NCBI GenBank assembly: GCA_002633005.1
Contig: NMRA01000013.1
Location: 826,374 to 890,373, forward strand
DNA length: 64,000 nt
From: Phoronis australis
Taxonomy: Eukaryota; Animalia; Phoronida
Direction: 5' to 3'
Shown here: in pieces, positions 40,601 to 52,600 of the stretch
Layout: the number at the start of each line of letters is the position of its first letter
How positions within the stretch are numbered: position 1 is the first letter of the stretch
Program-made: the position numbers and the translations under genes
The notes under the pieces: generated by a model
What the model was told of the DNA's origin: nothing
What the model saw: only the letters and a program-made list of their open reading frames with translations
Database searches by the model: none

Positions 40601-43600
40601 CAAATTAATAAACCATTAATAGTATTATAACTGCACGTGATCTGGCACGTTGTACCAAACATGCACAGGCCGCTCTGGTGGGTCCATTGAATAGATCACC
40701 AAGAACTATTCTTATACTTTATTAATATATAGTTAAAACCGAGCTGAGGAGCTGCAGACCTGACTCAAGGGTCTACCAGTGTGGCCCAGTAGGATACAAA
40801 CCCACAACCAAACTATAGCCAGGGGAATTGAGTTTAAAATCAGTCAACCGTAATTAGAACAATTGACTATTGTCGCCCTCAGTCCATGACATGGCGTTGC
40901 TTACTTAAGTTATTCTGGAAAACCAATTTAACAAACTTCATTAGCACGACTTGGTAACCAACTTCCACTACATAGTCCATCCATCATTCTCTATCTAATT
41001 CTTATGCCTTATGCGTATTAACTTTAATCCACAAATCTGCAATATAAGAAAATATCTCCACATCTTGTCAACACAACCACACATGCAGAATTGCATTAAT
41101 TTTCGTTTGACCCAACTATGGCGGTGGAATAAGAAAGAGACGTACCCTTTAACTCCGCCACCTGATCAGCGTGCCTCCTGGCTTCCTTCTGCGCCAAAGC
41201 TAGCTGTGTCTGGAGTCTGTCCGTCTGTTCGTCAGCTGTCGCAACGCGAGACTGAGCATCGACTAGATCTCCTGCGATGAAAGTAAATTTGACAGTTGGT
41301 CAACGAAGAAAGGTTCATTTCCGTTTACTATCTGAGTGAGTGAGTGAGAACAGAAAGTTGGGGGGTTATTCAGAGGAAGGAAACGGGTCCCTGGTCACAA
41401 CCTGAATGCACACAGTTTTCTAATACATGCGTTATTTCAACAGCACAACAGAGTGTAACTCTAGTTTCTCGTAACAATAAGGTTACTGATACAACTACAA
41501 CTGATCTGGCATGTTCGAAAGGTGGGACAGACTATAAGCAAAAAAATTGATGTAATTACTACTCTACATCCAATAGATTATGGGCAAGAATACTAGTCTC
41601 CAAAGTCAAATGGTTCTTTACTTTGGTATTTTTCAACTTCTTCGTCTTTCCTTCTGGCTGTGTCCTCTGCTTCTCGTAATAAACCTGCAAAACATCACCA
41701 TGGTTACGGAAACCTTAGACATGAAATCAGCACGAAAAGGCATCAATGAATCATTCAATGCACAGAACCATGATGGGACATAGCTAAGATCGCGTAGGAA
41801 CTTGTCGACAAGTCTCACCATTTAGCCAAATATCTAGAACACTATAGAGTTTAACTCGGTAAAAGTACAAAGTCATACTCTCTGACAGTAAAAAAGCCTG
41901 TTGAACTTGATTTTTAACTTTAAACCAATCAGCCATTAATTGGGACACACATCTCTGGGTTTGGCGAAATTTAAAGAAACAAAAAAACACAAGATACATC
42001 CGTTACAAAAGAATGTTGTTAACAACATGACCAAACTTCACTTGGATCAAATGTTCAAGATGAAATCTCAAAAATGCCGTTACAATTTTCTAAAAACATC
42101 ATTTCATTTTCATTTTAAGCAATATTTATTCATGAGAACCATACCAGTGGTACACTTTGATGGACCCTCACGCAAATAAGGAACATATTTTAAAACAATT
42201 CTGAATAGAATTTTAGAGAATAGCTTAGCATCTGAAACTTTCACACGAATCGGATAAACCATTTCCAAGGTATGATATTCCAAAGTCAGCCAAATTTGAA
42301 CATTTTTAAGGTCTTACACAAACTTAACTTATCAAACATCCTAAATCTATTTACCTGACAATTTCAGTTTGTGTCTATCATTAATCACACACGAGAATAT
42401 TCCATTGTTAAAAAACATAAGCGTTTCGAATTGTGGGTATGTATTGATGAAGCAGATTTTGTTCTGTCAAATCAAAAATGGTGAAAAATGCATATTATCC
42501 TTCAGTTTCAGAGTTCTCAAGCAAAATCACCATCCCAAATTCAGGAATTTTTATGATAATTTCATTCATAGGTATTTTGAACTGCAAGTCATGTCACTAA
42601 GAACTAACAATCCTGCATCAAAATCGCAACACATCTATCACGAATCTCACCGTTCAGTCTATCGATCTCCAGCTGACATCGTGCAACTTCCTGTTGATTG
42701 TCTGCGCCAGGCTCTCTCTGCTGCAGTGTCTCCACCTGTTGTTTATATGATTTTAACTCGCTCTCCAATGCTGCGATTTCCACTGCAACACAACAGGACA
42801 CACGTACCACACACTGGCGAACGTAACTGAAGGGACAGTATCGAGTTTAGGGATGAGGAACGCATTTTAAGGATGACTGTTGGATGGGACAAACTTCTTG
42901 AAGTTATTAGCTTTGGCCAGAGCAATAAAACAACAAAACCTATAGTATTTTTGTGATTTCTACTACAAATCACCAATTCACGCACACATTTGCTGACATC
43001 AAGGTGGGTGACTTCACCACTTCAATATGCTCAAAATACTGCGCCATTTATCAAGAGTGGCCAGCTCCACCAACAGAGTCATACTGAGACCTCGGGGGTT
43101 GCAAGTTTGATTCCATGCTCAGGTCAATTTTAAAACATCATTTTGTTTGCCTAATAATGTCCCTATAAATGTGCATATAAATACGCCATAATGAACCAAC
43201 CCAGAGTAACACAGTGACACTTGTTTGTGGCAATGTTCGACCAGGATAGGATGGCGTACACTAGATTTTGTAATACCATATTCGTCCTAATAAGCGCCTA
43301 GGGCGCTTACAGAATTTTGTTTCAGGATGGGGAGCGCTTAATATGGCTTAAAGTGGTCGAAACCCGGTCTCCGAAACGGGTGAAATCTTAAGCTAGGATT
43401 TGTCAAATTTACGCTCTGTAACCTATGACAGACTTACTACAAAATTATGGTCTATTGCTATCAAACTACGAAGTTATATTATGATCATTTTTCAGAAAAT
43501 TGAGCTAAATCCCAGGAAAAAAACTCGTCAATTGAGGCGTCGCTACCACGCGATCGTCAATAGGGCAACTTGAATTCTTGAATAAAAATATAGTTTCGAC

Positions 43601-46600
43601 TCAACAAATTACCTGAAGTCCTCTTTAAGTTTTCCAAATAGTGTCCCCAAGATTTTTAAGTTCCTGTGGAGTCAGTATTAACTGCATAGAAGTCCAAATC
43701 TGAGCTAGATCGTTGCCCGCAACACGAGAAAATTTCTGAATGAACACACGTTTTTGTCACGTGACGTTTGTTTTGAAGTTTGTCTGCGTGTGAGTGAGTG
43801 AGCGAGGGCGTGTGAGCTCATTTGCCAGGGTAAAGGCAGTGTAACGATCTGGGTGTTCATTGTAACTAAAGAAATTAACACATTCTAGCAGTAAATCAGA
43901 ACATTTTTTTCGGCACTTGTCGATATCATCTGCAAAAAACGTTTGAGAATTGTCTCGGTGAGTCGGCAGATGACTGGATGTGTGACAGTCCAATAACAGT
44001 TATTTTCCAGGAGATTTGGGGGGTGTAAGGGAGCGGACGTGCTGACTATCAGTGGGTTATTTTGACTTTAAAAACACCAATTATGATTAATTAAATAATC
44101 CGTTGAAAATAACGCACACGTTTTTATGGTATTAGAAATTTTCTGATATTAGTGCCAAAATTTATTTCTTGCCGATGCTATGCTACCCATATCTTGAATG
44201 GATAGTTCCCAATACTAATGTTTTCGATGACAGGTATGTAGCGCGCGCTTCCTCGCCACGTGCTTTTAACATCGATCAAGTTTTTATTAGACTTCGATTC
44301 GCAGTTTTCCTGTGTACAAAGTAATTTGGATTCCTGTTGAGAGAGAAGATACAATACAATCCCTTTGACAAGTACGCTGCGTCTGTTCTGAAAGGGACAC
44401 GTTCCTCGCAAGATCAGCAAAACGTGCGTTCGTCTTGAAGCGCGGCGGAAGTTCGAAGTTTATAGTCACGGCTAAATACCGACATAGCGGTGAGGCTCGT
44501 GGTCTACAAATTCCGCGCACAATGATTTTTTCAGGACTGTTGGATCTTATTGATAAATTGAAGATGTTACTGTAGAATTTTAAAACTGTAGGAAAGGCAT
44601 TTTTCGCATGCGGACGGCGTTCATGGACTGGGCGCTTATTTTAGATAAGTCTAAAAATGCGTGGGGGGCGCTTTGAGGGCATGGGTGCTTATTAGGGCGA
44701 ATACGGTATTTCTGTTATCGGTCAGTGTACCAGATAACTCAGTGGACAAGCGTCTGCAATGATTACAGCAGGTTTCGAGTTCGTGCCCCAATCAGTAAAA
44801 AAGCCTTCTCAGACTTGAGTTTATTACAAATGGCGTGACCTGGCCAACAGGGGGCGCATAAGAGACCATCAATAATTAGAAGAAAAGAAAAAATTGTATG
44901 ATTTACCAAATCGTATTTCGTTGATAAACGGTACAGCTATGGGGAACAAATAACGTTTACTACCACACATAACAACACTCACGTCGTAACTGTGATGATA
45001 AATCATTACTTTGACCGCTCTGTTTTTGGGATTCTTCTAACTGAACTGTAGAAAAATAAAGATGGATACAAACATAAAATAAAAACACAAACTTGAGCTC
45101 CACAAAACTCATTTCTTGAGTACAGAAACACATTAGCTGTCAGTACAAAACCAAACCATGCTGTTATGAACAGAGCAATGACAATTGGATTCTAATACAC
45201 AAATTAGAAACAAAAGTTAAAACAACATTGATTACTACTAGGGGATTTAAATGAACATCCATGCCAACCACAGTGATTAAAAACAACGCAACAAACATGG
45301 TTGGCAATATAAAAGTCAAATTTTGAAAAAACAGCACCATAACTGACCACCACCATAACTGACCACCAGCATAACACAAACGGAGTTTTGAATTTTGTCC
45401 CTTAATTTTCTGAGTTTTGAATTTTTATTCGTCTTAATTTTCCCCAAGAAGCCTTCTATCAACGAATACAGTCACCATTAACTTAGGATTGGACAACAGA
45501 TCACATGACCACTTACGCTTCAGGTCGGACATAGTGTTCTCCATAGCCTGGTTCAGACGCACATCCGACTGACGGAGGTTCTCTAGAGTTAGCAACAACA
45601 AACAGAACGTGAAATCACAAAACGTAACTGAACTGGAAACAAAACGGCATGCCAAAAATACAGCAACATTTTGCATAATGGTCAGATTGAGGGTTGACAC
45701 AAGTCGGACAAATGTATAAGAAAACTAAGTTACGGGGACTTTTCCGTAAAGGAAAGAAGTTAGGAGGTACTTTAGGTCATGCACTGATTATGTAACATTT
45801 CGATAATGGTTCAGGGTCAAGAGCATGGGAATCCAAACAATTGATTTCATCCACAGGATGTTGAGAATTGGCCATCTGATATGAAGTTGACACAAAACGT
45901 GTAATGTTCTAAGGTGAACATGGTACAAACTTTTTATCAATCGTTTTGATTAGACTTCTGAAGAGATTGCGATCAGAAATCTACCTATCACACAACCCTA
46001 CTTCTACTTGAATATTCTCGGATCAACGATATATCAAATATGTTTTGGAATGTTTGTAATAAGAAATTCTACAAATGAATAAGTTGAGCAATGACATGAT
46101 AAAAATCTCAAGTTTTTGGAAACTTTTAAAAAATAAAACTTTAAAAGGAATACCTGGAGATTATGCTTAGATGTGTGAATTCTGTTTAAAAGCAATGTAA
46201 CAGAAATGATAAAGCCACAAAGTCAACAGGCGCAACCAATGAGTCACATTAAGACAGTGATCATGTTTAAAACTACCTTCTAATGCCGCCACCCTGGCGA
46301 TGTACATTACAACTTCCATCTGAGCTTGCTCCAGTTGACCTACAGGGGGCAGTGAGAAAAAAGCGGTATGAAGTAGTTGCATTCTGACATTTATAATAAC
46401 ATGAAACTGAGCAAAAGCAGTACCAGGCTCAAGTGTTTGTGCGCTGCAAATGAATTCGCAAGGGCCACAGCAATGTGACTTAGCAACTTGATGTGAGCTC
46501 TTTGCAGATTCCTCAAAAGACTTTCCACAGGAAGACATTAGCTAAGCACAATTTAATCAATATCCTGAGACAAACACGAGTGCCACAATCCATGTTTTGG

Positions 46601-49600
46601 AGACACCCATATGTACCACAATCCATGTTTTAGAGACACCTACTCTGTAGCTGCTCCACCTTTTCCCTGCTCTCCTTCAATCGTGATTCCGACTCTTCAA
46701 GCTTGGCTTTGTATTGCTCTATTTGGTCGCGAGTCTCTTGTAGTTTGTCTGAAAATACAACACGACACAACATACACTCATGTAGTGTTGAAAGTCTGAG
46801 AAGCATTGCCGAATTTGTAGCGTTCGAACAAATGAAATAAAACATTGTGATTGGGTCTTAATTCATTAAGAAGCTGTCCGATTCTAGACGATCTCACTCA
46901 CTTGCAATGAATGGTGCCTGTGCCTTCTTAGGGGTATTTTTAATTTTTTGGGTCGCTACTCCTTTTTGGCAATGCATCAAGCAGCCAAAACTAAGGTTTT
47001 GCAGAAATGATTCTGATCTTGAGGGAAATTTTTGAGTCATTGGAGGGAATTTTTGCAACTGAGGGGATAATTTTGGATGATTTTGTAATTATATTTCATA
47101 GGGAATGGGGACGATAATCAAGGCAGCGAGGACGCTGTATTGGCATACACTTCACCACCAGTGGCTAAACTTTTTTTTAATCATATTATGTGTTTAATAC
47201 CTCCCAATGAAAAGAGGAAGGTTGGTTTCAAATTATGGCAGTCAAGTTACTCATTCCAACATTATATTCAAAAGTAACAACCATTCTAGACAACATATTT
47301 TGGCCACTAGACAACAAAATTCTGATAAATGTAATGGGTTGTTTGACTTCAAATACAAATAACATTTCAAAAAGAAATGCACTGCCCTTCACAGAAAAGG
47401 TGCGCTGGTTCTACCGAGAACAAAAAGCTTCATTAATCACTACAAAGAATCCATCATCTCAAAGACCAGGCATTGACCTAACATGAACTCTTGACCTCAA
47501 TACACAAATGACAGAATTATGCAGTGTACCTTTCAATTCCTCTTTTTCTATTATAGCATCAAAGTTATCGAGAGATTCAGTTTCCTCTCTATCACCTGTA
47601 AAAAAAGTCAAGGAAAGAATAATATCGCTATTTGCAGAGGTTCGTAACCGATCCAATTTCCAGATGCAGATAATTGACAAAATCAAAATTTTGTGAATAA
47701 CTATAATACAGACACAAGCCAGCTGAATTGAGATGAATGAGGCTATCTGCACACATGTTACACATAATGACGAATAGACACAAATGACAATGCTGAGTCT
47801 CAATTAGGGCGCTATGTAAAGGGGAATGCGGGAAAATGTGCTGTGGGCCCTCATTTGGTTACCCTTGTTAAAATGTGCCGTGGGCCCTCATGGGGTTACC
47901 CTTGTTAAAATGTGCTGTGGGCCCTCATCGGGTTACCCATGTTAAAATGTGCTGTGGGCCCTCATGGGGTTACCCTTGTTAAAATATGAAAATATAAAAA
48001 TTCTTTAATAGCATCTTTGAAGCAGCACCTTTATAATGCTCTTCAAAAACTTAAAGATAGCCTGTATCAGTGATTCCATACCTTTGAAGCAGCACCTTTA
48101 TAATGCTCTTCAAAAACTTAAAGATAGCCTGTATCAGTGATTCCATACCTTGATCATTCTCTGCCACGTCTTCAATGGTCTCCTTGGCGACCGATGACTC
48201 CGTCGGCGAAGATGACGACTCGCTATTGACCCGGTTCTTCAACTCCTCCATACGACTCCTCATCTGTGTCAGTTGTTGCCCTGCGAAGTCGTTATCTGCC
48301 TGCAATGCCTCGACGCGTGCCGACAACACGCCTTCCTCTTTAATCATCTCATTCAGTCGTTCTTGAATCTCCGCATTCTCTTGCGTAGTCTTCATGAGCT
48401 CCTCCTCATGTTTCTTTTCAGCGTCCTGGTGAAGACAAGTCACTCAATACAAGTGGCCCTCATTTTCCGCAATGAAAATGAATGGAATTTATGGTGTGTG
48501 ACTTTTTTCAAAGCAATGACATGTCAGTATCAGATCAAAAATTCCAACATTCTTTAGTTATTAATTACCAAAAACTAATTAAGAATCTAAGCTATTTAAT
48601 TCGACATAAGCTGGTTGCAAATCTATCGTGTTCCAGCAGACTTGTTCAAGTAATTGCTCATGACTCTGTGGTGCAGTGGTTAAAGTGCTGGACCAATTAT
48701 CTGTAGTTTCAAATCCTGCCACGGACAAAAAAATCACAACATGAGTGTACCACATATCCGTGCTCTTACTTCTAACAACGCGGGAACACCTGACGATGGC
48801 CGGAGAATAGACCAACCGAAACATCATGACAAGAGGTCGGTGTACATAGACCAAGAGATTTTAATAATAGTAACATCTAGGAACACTACATTCCCCCAAC
48901 TTACTGCCAGTGTCTGCTGCTTTCAATATCTAGGAACATTACATTCCCCCACTTACTGCCAGCGTCTGCTGCTCTTTCAACATCTAGGAACACTACATTC
49001 CCCCACTTTCTGTCAATGTCTGCTGCTCTCTCAGTACATAGGACCACTACATTCCCCCCACTTACTGCCAGCGTCTGCTGCTCTTTCAATATCTAGGAAC
49101 ACTACATTCCCCCACTTTCTGTCAGTGTCTGCTGTTCTCTTAGTACATAGGACCACTACATTTCGCCCAGTTACTGCCAGCGTCTGCTGCTCTTTCAATA
49201 TCGAGGAATACTATATCCCCCCCACTTACTGCCAGCGTCTGCTGCTCTTTCAGTATCTAGGAACACTACATTCCCCCACTTTCTGTCAATGTCTGCTGCT
49301 CTCTCAGTACATCGGACCACTACATTCCCCCCAGTTACTGCCAGTGTCTGCTGCTCTCAATATATAGGACCACCACATCCCCCACTTACAGCCAGTGTCT
49401 GTTGCAGAGTCTGAATCTCCTTCAACTGCTCGTCATGTTTCTCGGCCAATGTCTGAAGCTCCGCTTGCGTAGTTTCACACATGGTTTTCAGGTGGCTGCA
49501 CTCGTCTTCCGTGTTACTGAATGAGTTCTATAAAAATAATTTATGACACACACCTATTAATAATAAGAGGTTGCTTTAACACAACTTTCCTTTGGATAGA

Positions 49601-52600
49601 CTGCATGTTATACATCCCAATCTGCATTTGTTGATACTTATTTAACTAATCATTATATAAACCTCCTCATTCTCTGGTTCACCAGTCACCAAGAGTTTTA
49701 GTTTGACTTAGACCTTTAATGCTGTCATAATCATTATCATTTTACTTATTCATTGGGTGCAAACTTTGATTAAACTTTCCCTGAACTCAATACACTAAGC
49801 GTAAAATAAGTTATGTTTGCTATGGAACAAATTCTAATTAGGCTCATGAATGTAACAAGTGAAAAGTTGACTGCTAGATTACACTTCGGATCAACAATTC
49901 CTAAACATTCCTAACATTGACATAACTACATTCAACCGTAAGGTATCAGAGATAAGTAAAACTTAAAAATAGACTCTAAGAAAACAACACCAATCTGACA
50001 GTCGGGTAAAACACACCTCAATTTCTGAGAGTTTGCGTACAGCCTCCAACTTTTCTTCCAGAACCTTCCGGAGTGATTCCTTTGCCGTGTTCTCATATTT
50101 ACTCTTGTCTTCCTGAAGCGCTATTAATTCCTGCCGCAAGCTGTCTTCAGTTTGGTTCTATGGGGTAACAGTAGCCAAGGATAATAAGTCAAGAAAGCTG
50201 AATTTTATGATCAGATAGCAACTAGTACTGAATATACATCCAATGAAAACTACATTCACTCTGAATATGTTCTCATTTAGTGTGAGACCATTTGGACGCT
50301 TTAGACCCAATCAAATAATATTGATCTAGCAGAATTAAACAAAACATCCTCAAAACGTTCATACCAACAATGACAAGTACACAAAAGCCATCTCCATGAG
50401 AATTACTCCAGCTTTTAATTGAAGAACCAACACACCTTAGAAGTGATTAACAGTTGATTCTCGAGGACCTCCAACCGTGAAAGCAGACGATCTTCGTCCA
50501 CCATCGCCTGCCAGCCGTTGTCAGACGACTCCTGTGTTGTCTGCACTAGGCGTTGCAGCGTGGCTAGTTTCGTCTCCAGCATTTGCTCACGATGAAGAGC
50601 TTCCTACAAAATATAACGGAAAAGATACTAGAGAAAACTGTGGAAACATGTAATTTTAGATCTGTAGAATTAGGTCAGAAGAACAGCCACCAATTCTTAG
50701 TCCCTTTAACAGCATTGAAACTGGGTGCAAGTTTCTCTGGATTTGACTCTGGGTTGTTCACATTTTGCTCTTGTTGGCTGTTGAGTTTACACAGTGATTT
50801 GTGCCCAGAATAAGCTGATGTGGTGCAATTTGCACTACCTGCCGGCTGAAGCAGAGCAAACTGGTGTCAAGTTGATCTGGAATAATTCTGGTTTATATGA
50901 ACTCGCGTACATGGAAAACTTGCATCCACTTTCAGCATAATGTATAATAAAAATAATCGTCTGATGTTTACTGTTCATGTCCAGCAAGCAACAATCGATT
51001 GCTTTCGATGAACTTTCAAATATCCCGCAACGTGATTGGTCAATTATTTAATGAAGTCTCGAGTACGGTTTGGAGGTCATGGGCCCTGATATTCATGAAT
51101 TCAAGAAGGCACAAACCTGTAAATACTGGGAGAGTTGGTAAAGCTCTTGAGACTGAACCGCTGTGCCCTGTAAAGTGGAGTAGGCACTGTTGTCGGAGAA
51201 TCTGAAGAGAAGAACACACATGGTGAGACTAGCTGCTTAATATGTGGCTAATGGACGGGCATCTTAACGCTAGTCATCAACCATTAAAGATCACATACAG
51301 CAGAGTCCGCTTAATGTCATACCCTTGGTTTCGACGTATATCATAATAATAAGCAGCATATTCCATCCATTAAGTGGATTTCGACTTGGCGGTGATTAAA
51401 ACCAGTCTTTTTAACTTATGACGACAGGTGGACAGAAAACAACTGATTTTTAACCCCAGAACCAAGATCAGATAATGCAAATAAATAAGATGAGTTTGGT
51501 TACTTTTAGATGGAAAAGCCAAGGCAGACATGCTAATGAGCAGGCGAGAATGAATTTTGCAGACTTTAAGCTGCTGACTAGTCAGCTGACCTACAAAGTG
51601 GTACTCTTGACTTGGTCTGTGACATAACTCCCAGACAAATCAAGCAGACATGGTATCGTAATGAGAGTGCGGCAATCTAGTTGCCTCTACAATCAATTTC
51701 TGAAGGTGAATATGCACTCGTCGGTCATGTTTATTTTGGGACTGATATTGACGGCCATATCGAGATCTTGATATAATTGAATGAGTTTAAAAAGCATTCA
51801 AACCTGTTCCAAGCTTTAGCGACGATGGAACTTATAAAATGTAGGAGGAAGTACAGAACACACACAAAAAGTAGCAGTTCACAAGCTGAAGTGTTAAACA
51901 AAGTAAAATTTCAATAAAATCACAACAATTTCCATTTCTGTTACTGGCAATGAATACAAATAAGACCATTGCTCCAACAGTCTTCTTTTGAAGAGGAGCT
52001 AACACAATGGCAGTTTTCAACAACTGAAGCAGTTTCTTAGGAACAATTCACTGACCAAGGAATTCAAAGCGCTTCATCAGAGAAAAGCGAAAACAAAAAC
52101 AATCCTTACAATCAACAACTCACAGATCCAAGTTTTTGATTGGCTGACGTGAGAAAATTTAAAAAAATTCAGACCATATTTTTTTTAAATGAAGAGACTA
52201 GAAACAGGCACTCGTAAACACGACTACTTCGTTCAAGATTTGCATTTTTTAATTCAATGTAGCACACACTTTGTAATGCCAATGTCAGACTTACTTGGGC
52301 TTTGCCTCTGTTCCATTGGGATGAAATAAGGTAACAGTTGCAATGATGCAGCCATGCGTGACTGAAATACAAGAGATGGGTAAGACTTCCTTGTACAACA
52401 CATCTACAAATGTCAACATGTCTACAAAAGTCAACACAGTTAAGTACGCCATACTACGATTACAAACAAAAACAATGCATAGTGCATTCATTACTAATAT
52501 CAATTGGCCTTTTTTTTGCTAATCAGGAAGTGTCAGCAATGCCACTGATCATTAATCAATAATACAAGCTTGGCTGCATTACAATGACTATTTGCATATT

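Noticed and set aside
48661-48725. tRNA gene
   Set aside because: A/B boxes present but no complete cloverleaf; continues into a shared SINE body (same for tRNA-like pieces near 35970, 43060 and 44730).
48741-49367. 208-aa plus-strand Cys/His-containing ORF
   Set aside because: Translation of the 54-bp minisatellite, antisense to an SLMAP intron; not a zinc-finger pattern.
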